In this document: piece after piece, positions 19,208 through 29,057 of the stretch
Layout: every line of letters starts with the position of its first letter
How positions within the stretch are numbered: the first letter of the stretch is position 1
Assembly (NCBI GenBank): GCA_037925075.1
Contig: JAXSNR010000001.1
Location: 214,085-278,084 of the forward strand
Direction: 5' to 3'
Source: Aquificaceae bacterium
GTDB taxonomy: Bacteria; Aquificota; Aquificia; Aquificales; Aquificaceae
DNA length: 64,000 bases
Program-made: the position numbers and the translations under genes
The notes under the pieces: generated by a model
What the model saw: the letters and a program-made list of their open reading frames with translations, nothing else
Told to the model about the DNA's origin: nothing
Databases searched by the model: none

Positions 19208-20474
19208 TCCAGACCTCCTTTAATAAAACATTATAATCCTTTTCCTTGCTTAGGGACTTCAGCCAGTGGGGCATCTTAGAAAGCTCATCCAAAAAGGTTT
19301 CCCTTATTTCCTTTAGAGTGGGCAAAGGCTTTACAAGATTTCCTTCCTTACATACAAGCTCCACAAGACCTCCATCCCTGTATGGAACCACCTCATCGTA
19401 GCACATAAGGCCCTCTTCGTAGTGCCTTATGACTTGTCTCTTGTAAGGAAAGGTCTGCTTTCCGGGGCTTAGCTTGAACTTTGGCTTTCCCTCGTACTCC
19501 ACTAACTTGTAGGCTATATCAAGGTAGGGGGCATCCGCAGAGGTCAGAACCTTTGTGCCCACACCAAAGATATCCACAGGTGCACCTCTTGAAAGAAGGT
19601 ATTGCAAGTCCTCCTCATCAAGCCCACCGCTGACCACGATCTTCACATCCCCAAAGCCCTCCCTTTGGAAAAGCTCCTTTACCTTAACGCACTCCTCAAG
19701 CAGGTTTCCGCTGTCAATCCTCACCCCTACCACCCTTAGCCCCTCCTTCATCAGCTTTAGGGCTTTTTTTGCTCCCTCAAGGGTGTTGTAAGTGTCTATA
19801 AGGAGAAGAGTTCTATCTGGAAAGCTTTTTGCAAAGGCCCTAAAGGCTTCCTCTTCCTCCTCAAAGACCATCACAAAGGAGTGTGCCATGGTACCAAAGA
19901 CTGGAATTCCGTATCTCCTTCCTGCCTCAAGGTTTGAAGTGCCCAAAAAGCCCGTTATATAGCAAGCTCTTGACGCATAAAGCCCCGCATCAAGTCCATG
20001 GGCTCTCCTCAAGCCAAAATCCACGAGAGACTTACCCTTAGAGGCCAAGTAGCACCTTGCGGATTTGGAAGCTACCAAAGTGTTGTAGTGTATGAGGTTT
20101 ATAACCAGTGTTTCTAGTATTTGCACCTCTGGCAAAGGACCTTCAATCTGAACGAGGGGTTCCTTATGAAAAACTATCCTACCCTCTCCTATGGCGTAAA
20201 GGTCTCCCTTGAATTGGTATTGTTCAAGATAGTCCAAAAACCAGCTTTTGAATATATTTAGAGACTTCAGATACTTCAGATCCTCGTCACCGAACCTAAA
20301 ATCTCCGAGAGCTTCAAGGAGAGGCTCAAGTCCGCAAGAAACGAGAAAGTTTCTGTTTTTGGGAAGTTCCCTCACAAAAAGGCTAAAAACTCCCCTACCC
20401 ACCTTACCAGCCTCAAGGTAAGCCTGAGCCATGGTAAGCTCATAAAGGTCGGTAAAGAGAGCCTTTGAGGGCAT
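19200..20474 (-). CDS. pncB: Nicotinate phosphoribosyltransferase
   Basis: FTDLYELTM, DFGLRRAHG, GTMAHS, IDTY, GVRIDSG, YKLVEY. Confidence 0.93.
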   Translation of the reverse strand: MPSKALFTDLYELTMAQAYLEAGKVGRGVFSLFVRELPKNRNFLVSCGLEPLLEALGDFRFGDEDLKYLKSLNIFKSWFLDYLEQYQFKGDLYAIGEGRIVFHKEPLVQIEGPLPEVQILETLVINLIHYNTLVASKSARCYLASKGKSLVDFGLRRAHGLDAGLYASRACYITGFLGTSNLEAGRRYGIPVFGTMAHSFVMVFEEEEEAFRAFAKSFPDRTLLLIDTYNTLEGAKKALKLMKEGLRVVGVRIDSGNLLEECVKVKELFQREGFGDVKIVVSGGLDEEDLQYLLSRGAPVDIFGVGTKVLTSADAPYLDIAYKLVEYEGKPKFKLSPGKQTFPYKRQVIRHYEEGLMCYDEVVPYRDGGLVELVCKEGNLVKPLPTLKEIRETFLDELSKMPHWLKSLSKEKDYNVLLKEVWNE

Positions 20475-20483
20475 GATAGTATT

Positions 20484-22511
20484 CTACACAAACTCCAACA
20501 GAATAAGAAGCTCAGGGCTTAGCCCTTCTCTGTTTTCCCATGCCCAATTTTGAAGCTCCCAAAGGTTTACCATAAGCTCATACCTTCCCACAGTCCCGTT
20601 GTACTCTTTGACAAAAGCTACTATCTTTATGGCCTCTTCTTCTGAAATACCTATCAATATCTTTTTACCTATGTATCTTTCCATCCAGAACTTTACAGAA
20701 GCGTCCCTTATGTTAAGGTTAAGCCTGTCCGCTTTTTCTAATAACCCTCTTATCTCTTCCACCGGTGCAAGCTCTTTAAGGAGAAGGTAAAGCTTCAACC
20801 TTAGGTAGATTTCCACGCTGTGTCCTATAAGACCTCCTGCCTCAAAGTATTTGCCTCGCGCATGCCCGAGCAAGTCTTCAAGGAGAAGCTCATAGCTTTC
20901 GGTGAAGCTTACAAGCTCCTTAATGTATCCAAAAGCCCATTGGTCCAGTAGCCAGCTAAGAAGAGGTTGAGGTACTCCTTCAGAATAAAATTCCCTCAGG
21001 TCTTCCCTTCCTTCAAACTCCTCTTCTGTCTCCATGTCCTTAAGGTAAACCCTCCATGGCTCAAAGCCTTCCACCCTGTAGTAGAACTTGCCTAGGGTTC
21101 CCTCCTGAGGGATGACGTCTGAAAGCTCTAGAGCCACTAAGGAAGTGATAAGCTGTTTTTCTGAAGCCTTTTGAGGCAGGACAAGTTTTTGCCAAACTCC
21201 CAAACCGTTGCCGAGAGATTGTATATTGCTTGGGGCGTCAGAAAGCACGCGAAGGAACCTGTCCTCAAGCTCCTTATCATCAACAAAGTCAATGGCCTTC
21301 TTGGCAAAGAGAAGGTTTTTTACCGCCTCTATGCCGGAGATATCCGCAAAAAACCAGCCATCGGAAGAGAAGGCGTAGCTTATGTACTTGTAAGCGTAAA
21401 GGTGTTTGAAAAGATCCCTTACCTCTTCTTTTCCAAGCTTGTCCTTTGCGTGGGACTGCAAATACTCCTCCTTAGAGCCTCCAAGTAATAGGTCCACAAA
21501 GTCAAAGAGGGCAGTCTGTGGGTCCTTTGTGTATTTCTCCAACGCTTTGAAAAGCCTATTTTTTAACTCCGACCTTACCATCTCAAGGGCTTCTCTCATG
21601 GGACCTCTCCACTTTTGGTGCCAGCCGGGCAAGCCTCCCACAGCACATCCACAGTCGGACCTCCACCTTTCAACACCATGGGCACAGCTCCAAGAGGTAA
21701 ACTCCCATATGTCCGTCTCCCCCTCTGGATGCATGTTCTTATGCATTTCCTCAAGGGTTCTCATGCCTGGGTAATTCTCCACAAGATAGGCAAGCCCCAT
21801 CTCACCGAACTTTTTGTGGTGGCCAAAGGTTTCGCCATCCACCGCAATAAGGGTAAGACCCTTTCTCCTTCTTACTTGCTCTATAAGCTCATCCATATGG
21901 TTTATGAGTTCTCCAAAGGCTATGCTGTGAGATAGCTCTCCGTCGTAGACAAAGATGTCTACATGTCCTTCTGGGAGGTTGCACCTTAGGTAGCTTCCTC
22001 TTGCTTTAACTTGGTGGGGTGCAAGTATTACATACCTTATGCCATGCTTTACCAAAAGGGAGAGGGTCTTCTTGTCCACCGCAAGCTCTGGAAGCCAAAA
22101 GCCCGATGGTTTTTTCCCAAATATCTTCTCAAAGGACCTTATACCCCAGACTATCTGCACTTCCCTGTCCTCCTCTGGGTCAAGGGGTAGTATGGTGTGG
22201 TTAAAGCCTGTGGCTATGGCGTTTCTTCTGGCACTTCTCAGTCTATCAACAAACCAGGGCTTTTCTCTAAGTAGCCAAGAAAGAAGGCTAAAGGTAAAGT
22301 CAAAGCTCACATGCTCATAGTTGTTGACTATTTTCAGTATCTTTCCATCTTTTTTGTAATGGGCATACAGGTTGGGTAGATAGGACTCTCTGAATATCCT
22401 TTCATTCCAGTTTTCAAAGGGTTGGGCGGTGGGCTCTAAGGGAACAAGACCTAAATAGGGGGTTTCTCTTGGAGGTTGATGAAAGTGGCAATGAACACAA
22501 AGAAGGCTCAT
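20484..22511 (-). CDS. Glycoside hydrolase family 57 / DUF3536 protein
   Basis: HCHFHQP, NHTILPL, FWLPE nucleophile, DGETFGHH, SWSCAHGVERW, FSSDGWFF. Confidence 0.85.
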   Translation of the reverse strand: MSLLCVHCHFHQPPRETPYLGLVPLEPTAQPFENWNERIFRESYLPNLYAHYKKDGKILKIVNNYEHVSFDFTFSLLSWLLREKPWFVDRLRSARRNAIATGFNHTILPLDPEEDREVQIVWGIRSFEKIFGKKPSGFWLPELAVDKKTLSLLVKHGIRYVILAPHQVKARGSYLRCNLPEGHVDIFVYDGELSHSIAFGELINHMDELIEQVRRRKGLTLIAVDGETFGHHKKFGEMGLAYLVENYPGMRTLEEMHKNMHPEGETDIWEFTSWSCAHGVERWRSDCGCAVGGLPGWHQKWRGPMREALEMVRSELKNRLFKALEKYTKDPQTALFDFVDLLLGGSKEEYLQSHAKDKLGKEEVRDLFKHLYAYKYISYAFSSDGWFFADISGIEAVKNLLFAKKAIDFVDDKELEDRFLRVLSDAPSNIQSLGNGLGVWQKLVLPQKASEKQLITSLVALELSDVIPQEGTLGKFYYRVEGFEPWRVYLKDMETEEEFEGREDLREFYSEGVPQPLLSWLLDQWAFGYIKELVSFTESYELLLEDLLGHARGKYFEAGGLIGHSVEIYLRLKLYLLLKELAPVEEIRGLLEKADRLNLNIRDASVKFWMERYIGKKILIGISEEEAIKIVAFVKEYNGTVGRYELMVNLWELQNWAWENREGLSPELLILLEFV

Positions 22512-23458
22512 AACTCTATGAATACGCCCATCCTTTCAAACTTCCTTATCCTATCTTGCACAAGCTCCTCTGGGCTCAGCTTGGTAAGCTCTTTGAGGCA
22601 CCTTCTTAGAAAACGTTTGAGGACTCTTGCGCTTCTTTTGTGGTCCCAGTGAACTGCACCAAGAGGTTCTGGCACTATGGTATCTATTACTCCCAACCTT
22701 AAAAGGTCGTGGGCTGTAAGCTTGAGGGCCCTTGAGGCTTCTCTTACTTTGCCTTGGTCCTTCCAAAGTATGGCTGCACAGCCTTCGGGCGATATGACCG
22801 AATAAACTGCGTTTTCAAACATAAGCACTCTATTGGCAACGCCAAGGGCAAGGGCACCACCAGACCCACCCTCTCCTATTATCACCGCAACGCTCGGAAC
22901 CCTTAAGTAGCCAAAGGTATAAAGACTCTGGGCTATGGCTTCCGACTGCCCTCTTTCCTCCGCACCTATACCCGGATAGGCTCCCGGCGTATCTATGAGG
23001 GTTATAACCGGCATGCCATACTTTTCTGCCAGCTTTGCAACCCTTATTGCCTTTCTGTAGCCTTCTGGATGAGGCATGCCAAAGTTCCTTTCCATTTTCT
23101 CCCTTGTGGTCCTACCCTTCTCCTGACCTATAACCGCCACGGGAAGACCATCAAGATAGCCAAAGCCTGCCACTATGGACCTATCATCTCCAAAGCATCT
23201 GTCTCCATGAAGCTCCATAAAGTTTGCAAATATGAGGCTTATGTAGTCTGTAGCATGTGGTCTCTGGGGGTGTCTTGCAAGAAGCACCCTTTCCCAAGGG
23301 TCAAGCTTTGAGTAAACCTCTTTGCTTTTTTTTATAAACTCCCTCTGAAGTCTTCTGAGCTCCTTTTCCTTTTCTCTGTCTCCAAGGCTGTAAAGCCTTT
23401 TGAGTTGCTCCTCCTTCTGATGGATTTCTTGAAGCTCCCTTTCAAACTCTAAGAACAT
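22508..23458 (-). CDS. accA: Acetyl-CoA carboxylase carboxyltransferase alpha
   Basis: MFLEFERE..., ARHPQRP, ELHGDR, FGMPHPEGYRKA, DTPGAYPG, ISPEGCA. True start 23458; the track's extension runs through the tRNA. Confidence 0.96.
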   Translation of the reverse strand: MFLEFERELQEIHQKEEQLKRLYSLGDREKEKELRRLQREFIKKSKEVYSKLDPWERVLLARHPQRPHATDYISLIFANFMELHGDRCFGDDRSIVAGFGYLDGLPVAVIGQEKGRTTREKMERNFGMPHPEGYRKAIRVAKLAEKYGMPVITLIDTPGAYPGIGAEERGQSEAIAQSLYTFGYLRVPSVAVIIGEGGSGGALALGVANRVLMFENAVYSVISPEGCAAILWKDQGKVREASRALKLTAHDLLRLGVIDTIVPEPLGAVHWDHKRSARVLKRFLRRCLKELTKLSPEELVQDRIRKFERMGVFIEL

Positions 23459-23474
23459 TGGGAAGATTATACCA
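23459..23474 (-). promoter_or_regulatory. Extended -10 promoter for accA immediately after the tRNA CCA
   Basis: CCA-TGG-TATAAT-cttccca-ATG. Confidence 0.6.
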
Positions 23475-23550
23475 TGGTAGGCACGGGCGGACTCGAACCG
23501 CCGACCTCCTCCTTGTAAGGGAGGCGCTCTGCCAACTGAGCTACGCGCCT
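23475..23550 (-). tRNA. tRNA-Val (UAC), CCA encoded
   Basis: AGGCGCGTAGCTCAGTTGGCAGAGCGCCTCCCTTACAAGGAGGAGGTCGGCGGTTCGAGTCCGCCCGTGCCTACCA; 76 nt, full cloverleaf, anticodon TAC. Confidence 0.97.
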
Positions 23551-23571
23551 TGTAAATTACAATTATAACAT

Positions 23572-24900
23572 ATGCGGGGTTTTGAATGGACACCTCATAG
23601 AATACTTCTTCTCTCCTATCTTGTGGTGATCGCCATCGGCTCCCTGCTTATCTTCTCCCCCTTTTCTACTACAAAACCCATAAGCTACCTTGATGCCCTT
23701 TTTACCGCCACCTCCGCAACCACCGTAACAGGGCTTACTGTTCTGGATACAGAAAAGGACCTTACGACCTTTGGAAAAGTTATTGTGCTACTTCTTATTC
23801 AGCTTGGAGGCCTTGGATACATGACCTTTACCACTTACTTCCTTATAGTCTTGAGGAGAAAAGTGGGATTGAGGGAGAGGCTAATAATGGCTGAATCTTT
23901 TAACTATCCCGGCATGCATGGCCTTGTAAGGTTCATAAAGAGGATGTTGCCCCTGATTTTTTTCATTGAATTTTTAGGTGCCTTATTACTGTTTCCCTCC
24001 TTTTTGTTCAAGCTTAAAAACCCTACGGAGGCCATCTTTGCAAGCCTTTTTCACTCTGTGTCCGCCTTTAACAATGCTGGCTTTTCCACCTTTTCTGACA
24101 ACCTTGTAAGGTTCAGAGGTGACCCATGGGTAAACCTCGTGGTGTGCCTACTTATAATCCTTGGTGGCGTTGGTTTCTATGTTATCTACGAGCTAATTCT
24201 TTACAAAAGGGGAGAGCTCAAAAGGCTTTCAACCCATACAAGGCTCGTCCTTGTGTCTTCCGCTCTCCTGATTCTTTTCGGCTTTTTGCTTCTTCTTGCG
24301 GACCTTTGGAGGTTTAAGGGTCTTTCCACCGGAGAAAAGATTATGGCAAGCCTTTTTCATAGTGTATCCGCAAGAACTGCGGGGTTTAACACCATAGACC
24401 TAGCAAGCTTGTCGGAGGCTTCCCAGTTTGTGCTTATAAATCTCATGTTTGTGGGGGCTTCGCCCGGTGGGACAGGGGGTGGTATAAAGACCATAACCGC
24501 GGTGGTGGTTTTTCTGGCGGTGCTCTCTTACATAAGGGGTAGGCCTGAAGTCAATGTTCTTGGAAGAAGGCTTATAGACGCTCAGGTGCATAGGGCAATG
24601 GTTATACTGAGCTTAGCCTTTGCCTTCAACACCTTTATGGCTGTTTTGCTTGCGGAGTTGGAGGGTATAAGGCTTTTGCCCGCTCTTTTTGAGGTGGTTT
24701 CCGCCTTTGCCACCGTTGGTTTATCCCTTGGAAATCCTCAGGGGCTAAGCCTTTCTGCGGATTTTTCCTCTCTTGGAAAAATTCTTATAATTCTTACCAT
24801 GATCACCGGAAGGGTAGGGGTGCTTGGCTTTGTGCTTGCGCTTGTGGGTAAGGAAAAGCCAAGTCATGTAAGACTTCCAGAAGCGAGGTTGTTGATATGA
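23572..24900 (+). CDS. ktrB: Trk/Ktr potassium transporter membrane subunit (KtrB/TrkH)
   Basis: Pore-loop motifs TATSATTVTGL, SAFNNAGF, SARTAGF, SAFATVGLS; GGTGGGIK. Confidence 0.9.
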   Translation: MRGFEWTPHRILLLSYLVVIAIGSLLIFSPFSTTKPISYLDALFTATSATTVTGLTVLDTEKDLTTFGKVIVLLLIQLGGLGYMTFTTYFLIVLRRKVGLRERLIMAESFNYPGMHGLVRFIKRMLPLIFFIEFLGALLLFPSFLFKLKNPTEAIFASLFHSVSAFNNAGFSTFSDNLVRFRGDPWVNLVVCLLIILGGVGFYVIYELILYKRGELKRLSTHTRLVLVSSALLILFGFLLLLADLWRFKGLSTGEKIMASLFHSVSARTAGFNTIDLASLSEASQFVLINLMFVGASPGGTGGGIKTITAVVVFLAVLSYIRGRPEVNVLGRRLIDAQVHRAMVILSLAFAFNTFMAVLLAELEGIRLLPALFEVVSAFATVGLSLGNPQGLSLSADFSSLGKILIILTMITGRVGVLGFVLALVGKEKPSHVRLPEARLLI

Positions 24901-25538
24901 AAAAGCTCTTTGGTGTTGTGGGTCTTGGCAGGTTTGGCTTTAATGTGGCAAAGACGCTTGCGGAAGGGGGTGCGGAGGTAATAGCCTGCGATGTAGATGA
25001 AGAAAAGGTAAAACAGGTCTCTGAGATTGTCCATCAGGCTTTTATCCTTGATGCGACCGATGAGAAGGCACTAAAGGAGTCAGGTATAGCCAATGCGGAC
25101 ACGGTAATAGTGAGCATAGGGGAAAACATAGAGGCGAGCATACTGGTGGTGGTACAGCTCATGGAGCTTGGTGTGAAAGAGATAATAGCAAAGGCGGTAA
25201 ACCCGCTTCATGGGAGGATATTGGAGAGGCTTGGGGTCAGTAGAGTCATACATCCAGAAAGAGATATGGCCATTAGGCTTGCCCACTCTCTTCTCGTGGG
25301 AGGCTTTATAGAGGAAATACCTATTGCGGAAAACTACAGCATATTTGAGATGAGGCCTCCTCAGAAGCTACACCACAAGACCCTAAAGGCCTTGGACCTG
25401 AGAAGGAAGCACGATATAACGGTACTGGCCATAAAAAGGGGCGAAAGGTTCATAGTTAACCCTTCAGGCGATGAGGAGGTGCTTCCCGAGGACATCTTGG
25501 TGGTTTTGGGCAATAAGGAGAAGATAACTTCCCTGTAG
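24897..25538 (+). CDS. ktrA: Ktr/Trk RCK regulatory subunit (KtrA/TrkA)
   Basis: GLGRFG NAD-binding RCK_N, HPERDMA, RCK_C domain. Confidence 0.9.
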   Translation: MKKLFGVVGLGRFGFNVAKTLAEGGAEVIACDVDEEKVKQVSEIVHQAFILDATDEKALKESGIANADTVIVSIGENIEASILVVVQLMELGVKEIIAKAVNPLHGRILERLGVSRVIHPERDMAIRLAHSLLVGGFIEEIPIAENYSIFEMRPPQKLHHKTLKALDLRRKHDITVLAIKRGERFIVNPSGDEEVLPEDILVVLGNKEKITSL

Positions 25539-25550
25539 TATAATTGTACC

Positions 25551-26183
25551 ATGCTCTTTGTTCTCTCCGCACCCTCTGGAGCGGGCAAGACCACGGCGGC
25601 GGAAAGGCTTCTCAAGGTATGCCCTGGGATAAGGAAGATAGTGACCGCGACCACAAGGCAAAAAAGGGAGGGAGAAAGGCACGGTATAGACTACCTATTT
25701 ATGGACAGGGTGGAGTTTGAAAAGAAGATAGAGGAGGGCTACTTTCTTGAGTACGCTCATGTGTACGGCAACTACTACGGCACTCCCAAGGACCAAGTGC
25801 TTAGAAACGAGCAAGAAGGCGTGGACTCTCTCCTTGTTATAGACGTGCAAGGTGCCAGCAAAATAAGGGAGGTTTATCCAGAGAGTGTGCTTGTCTTTCT
25901 TATGCCACCAAGCCTTGAAGAGTTAAGAAGAAGACTTCTAAGCAGGGGCTATGGCAGGGAAAACTTGGAGCAAAGGCTTCAAAAAGCGGAGGAGGAAATA
26001 GCTTGTGCAAGACACTTTGACTACATAGTGGTAAACGAATTCATAGACAAAACGGTGGAAGCCCTACACGCAATAATCGTCGCCCATAGGTACAGAAGGG
26101 AGCTTTTTCTGAGGAGAATGGACATAAAGGACCCAACCCTGACAAACATAATCATTAAAGGCTCCTGCAAAATGTTCAAATAA
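25551..26183 (+). CDS. gmk: Guanylate kinase
   Basis: SAPSGAGKTT, TTRQKREGE..G.DY.F, NYYGT, IDVQGA. Confidence 0.95.
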   Translation: MLFVLSAPSGAGKTTAAERLLKVCPGIRKIVTATTRQKREGERHGIDYLFMDRVEFEKKIEEGYFLEYAHVYGNYYGTPKDQVLRNEQEGVDSLLVIDVQGASKIREVYPESVLVFLMPPSLEELRRRLLSRGYGRENLEQRLQKAEEEIACARHFDYIVVNEFIDKTVEALHAIIVAHRYRRELFLRRMDIKDPTLTNIIIKGSCKMFK

Positions 26184-26199
26184 GGTTATAATTGTACTC

Positions 26200-27216
26200 A
26201 TGGGCTACAAGGTAGCGGTGGTTGGTGCAACAGGTGAAGTAGGAAGGGCTTTTCTTAGGGTCTTGGAAGAAAGGAACTTTCCCGTGGATGAGATGTTTCT
26301 TTTTGCCTCCGAGAGGTCTGAGGGGGTTGAGCTTAAATTCAAGGGCGAGAGGCTAAAGGTACAGGCTCTAAGCAAAAGTCCAAGCTTTAAGGGTATAGAC
26401 ATAGCCCTCTTTTCCGCGGGCTCTTCCATAAGCAAGGAGTACGCTCCAAAATTTGCCTCCGATGGTGCGGTTGTCATAGATAATTCCTCCGCGTGGAGGC
26501 TTGAACCAGATGTGCCTCTTGTGGTGCCCGAGGTAAACCCAGAGGACATAAAAGAGCACAAGGGAATAATAGCAAACCCCAACTGCTCCACCATACAGAT
26601 GCTCGTAGCCCTAAAGCCTATCTACGATGCGGTTGGAATAGAGGCCCTTGTGGTCTCTACCTATCAGTCCGTCTCCGGTGCTGGTGCAAAGGCTATAAGG
26701 GAGCTTGAGGAACAGACAAGGGCTTGGTGCGAAGGCAAAGAAATACCACCTGCCAAGGCACTGCCAAAAAGAATAGTTTTTAATGTGGTGCCACAGATAG
26801 ATGTCTTTACAGAGAAGGGATACACCAAGGAAGAGTTAAAGATGCTCAACGAAACAAGAAAAATACTCCATGACCCCCACGTAAGAGTCTCCGCCACCTG
26901 CGTGAGGGTGCCAGTCCTTTACGGGCACTCAGAAGCCATAAGCGTAAAGCTCAAGTCTCCACTGTCTCCAGAGTCCGCAAGGGAAATTCTAAAGGGAGCC
27001 AAAGGCGTGGTGGTGTTGGATGACCCCACACAAGCCCAGTACCCCCTTGCGGTGGATGTGGCTGGAAGGGATGAGGTTTTTGTGGGAAGGATAAGGGAAG
27101 ACTTGGTCTTTGAACCCGGGCTTTCCCTGTGGGTGGTGGCGGACAACATACGCAAGGGTGCAGCCACAAACGCAGTGCAGATAGCAGAGCTCCTAAGTCA
27201 GTACGCCATGGTGTAA
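26200..27216 (+). CDS. asd: Aspartate-semialdehyde dehydrogenase
   Basis: VVGATGEVG, IDNSSAWR, ANPNCSTIQ, TCVRVPV..GHSE, DNIRKGAA. Confidence 0.96.
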   Translation: MGYKVAVVGATGEVGRAFLRVLEERNFPVDEMFLFASERSEGVELKFKGERLKVQALSKSPSFKGIDIALFSAGSSISKEYAPKFASDGAVVIDNSSAWRLEPDVPLVVPEVNPEDIKEHKGIIANPNCSTIQMLVALKPIYDAVGIEALVVSTYQSVSGAGAKAIRELEEQTRAWCEGKEIPPAKALPKRIVFNVVPQIDVFTEKGYTKEELKMLNETRKILHDPHVRVSATCVRVPVLYGHSEAISVKLKSPLSPESAREILKGAKGVVVLDDPTQAQYPLAVDVAGRDEVFVGRIREDLVFEPGLSLWVVADNIRKGAATNAVQIAELLSQYAMV

Positions 27217-27218
27217 AA

Positions 27219-27635
27219 ATGCTAAGGATTAAAGGGTCTGCCCTTCAAAAGGTAATAGCACAGGCGGAAAGGGATTACCCCTACGAGACCTGCGGTCTTC
27301 TTCTGGGTAAGATGGAAGAGGGTATAAGAACCGTCTTTGGAGCCTTTGAAACCCCCAACTCAAACCCCGACAGAAAAAACGACCGGTATGAGATAGCACC
27401 ACAGGACTACCTTAGGGCGGAAAAAAAGGCAAGGGAGTTTGGGCTTGAGATAGTGGGCGTGTACCACTCCCATCCTGACCACCCCGACAGACCCTCCCAG
27501 TTTGACGAGGAAAGAGCCTTTGAGGGCTTCTCTTACCTGATCCTTTCTGTAAGCAAGGGAAAAGTGGTTTCCTACAGAAGCTGGGAGCTCCTTGACCAAA
27601 GGTTCAAAGAAGAAGAGATTTTGATATTTGGATGA
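27219..27635 (+). CDS. JAB/Mov34 (M67) metallopeptidase
   Basis: YPYETCG, YHSHPDHPDRPS..D JAMM motif; start ATG 27219. Confidence 0.88.
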   Translation: MLRIKGSALQKVIAQAERDYPYETCGLLLGKMEEGIRTVFGAFETPNSNPDRKNDRYEIAPQDYLRAEKKAREFGLEIVGVYHSHPDHPDRPSQFDEERAFEGFSYLILSVSKGKVVSYRSWELLDQRFKEEEILIFG

Positions 27636-28744
27636 GGCCAAAGTTAAGACCCCTTGAGGTGGTGCCCTACGACGGCGTTTTTTGGCTCAAGGACCCTATG
27701 GGCTTGTCTGAGGGGCTTGTTGTACCTTATCAAACCTTGCTTCTTCTTTCCCTTATGGATGGGTCAAGAGACCTTAAGGACATAAGGGCTGAGTTTTTCA
27801 AAAGGACTGGCATAATCTTGGGCGAGCATGAGCTTTTTGAACTTCTTCAAACCCTTGAAGAGGCACTTCTGTTGGAGGGTGAGGGTTTTTACAAAGCCCT
27901 GAACTCTCTACGTCAGGAGCTACTTCAGAAGGGTACAAGACCCATGTCTCATGCGGGTGAGGTATACCCCGCGGATGCTTACGAATGTAGGGCCTTCCTT
28001 GTAGGAGAAGAAAAGGAAAAAAGAGACCTTTTGGGTCTTATGGCGCCCCATATGGATATAAGGGTCGCAAAACAGACCTACTGGGAGGGCTACGGAAGGC
28101 TCAAGGCGGACAAAAGGCTTGTGCTTATACTGGGCGTTTCTCATTACTGGCACGAGATGCCTTTCTCCGTTTTGCCTCTACACATGGAAACCCCCTTTGG
28201 CATTCTTGAAACAAGGATAGACCTCCTTGAAAAACTGCAATCCCTTTACCCCTTTGACCTAACCCATGACCTTTTCTCTTACCGACAGGAGCATTCCATA
28301 GAATTTGCGTCCCTGTACGCAAAAATGCTCTTCCCAGAGGCTAAGGCTTTGGCTCTCATAGTCTCTTACGGAGATAAAAACTTTCTCAAAGAACTTGCAG
28401 AGAACCTTCTGATGGTAATAGATAAGGAGCTTTACCATACACTTATAATCTCAAGCGTTGACCTGAGCCATGTGGGAAGGAAGTTTGGAGACAGGCAAAG
28501 CTTTGATCCATCCTTCAGAGACAGGCAATATCTTGAGCTTTTGCGGGGCCTTAAGGGAGAAGAAGCCTTTGAACTGTTGGAGCAAACCCAGAATTCCACA
28601 CGCATAGATGGCCAGTATGCAAACCTTGTCTTCTCCCATATGTTAAGAAAGGCTGGGCTTGAGAAGGGCGAGCTCTTTGACTACAAGGCCTATTACGAAA
28701 AACCCACAGACTCCGTTGTATCTTACGCGAGCATGGGTTTTTAG
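27632..28744 (+). CDS. MEMO1-family protein (AmmeMemoRadiSam protein B)
   Basis: PMSHAGEVYP, APHMD, LGVSH, EHSIE, SVDLSHVG, VSYAS. Confidence 0.85.
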   Translation: MRPKLRPLEVVPYDGVFWLKDPMGLSEGLVVPYQTLLLLSLMDGSRDLKDIRAEFFKRTGIILGEHELFELLQTLEEALLLEGEGFYKALNSLRQELLQKGTRPMSHAGEVYPADAYECRAFLVGEEKEKRDLLGLMAPHMDIRVAKQTYWEGYGRLKADKRLVLILGVSHYWHEMPFSVLPLHMETPFGILETRIDLLEKLQSLYPFDLTHDLFSYRQEHSIEFASLYAKMLFPEAKALALIVSYGDKNFLKELAENLLMVIDKELYHTLIISSVDLSHVGRKFGDRQSFDPSFRDRQYLELLRGLKGEEAFELLEQTQNSTRIDGQYANLVFSHMLRKAGLEKGELFDYKAYYEKPTDSVVSYASMGF

Positions 28745-29028
28745 AGGGGCAAGTACTCGCTCTTCAGCTCTAAAATAAACTCCGGGTAATGTTTTTCGAG
28801 GAGTTTTTTCACGCCGGTGAGAGTTTGCTCCGCTATTGACCTTTCATGGGCAAGGCATGCAAAGGCAAGGCTTGACCTTTGCCACAGGTCATGGTGGTCC
28901 ACCTCCGCAACGGAGACGTTGTAAGACGCCCTTATTCTATCCTTTATAGACCTTACGTAATGCCTTTTCTCCTTGAGAGAGCCATTCTCGGGAAAGAAAA
29001 GCTCCACCCTTAGCAAGCCTAACACCAT
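28741..29028 (-). CDS. DUF503 (YlxP-like) protein
   Basis: SLKEKR..VRSIKDRI...NVSVAEVDHHDLWQR. Confidence 0.88.
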   Translation of the reverse strand: MVLGLLRVELFFPENGSLKEKRHYVRSIKDRIRASYNVSVAEVDHHDLWQRSSLAFACLAHERSIAEQTLTGVKKLLEKHYPEFILELKSEYLPL

Positions 29029-29057
29029 GCAAGGCTCAATATTATAATAACTTTACC

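Noticed and set aside
23459-23593. 45-aa N-terminal extension of AccA
   Set aside because: It is a read-through of the tRNA-Val gene; AccA homology starts at 23458.
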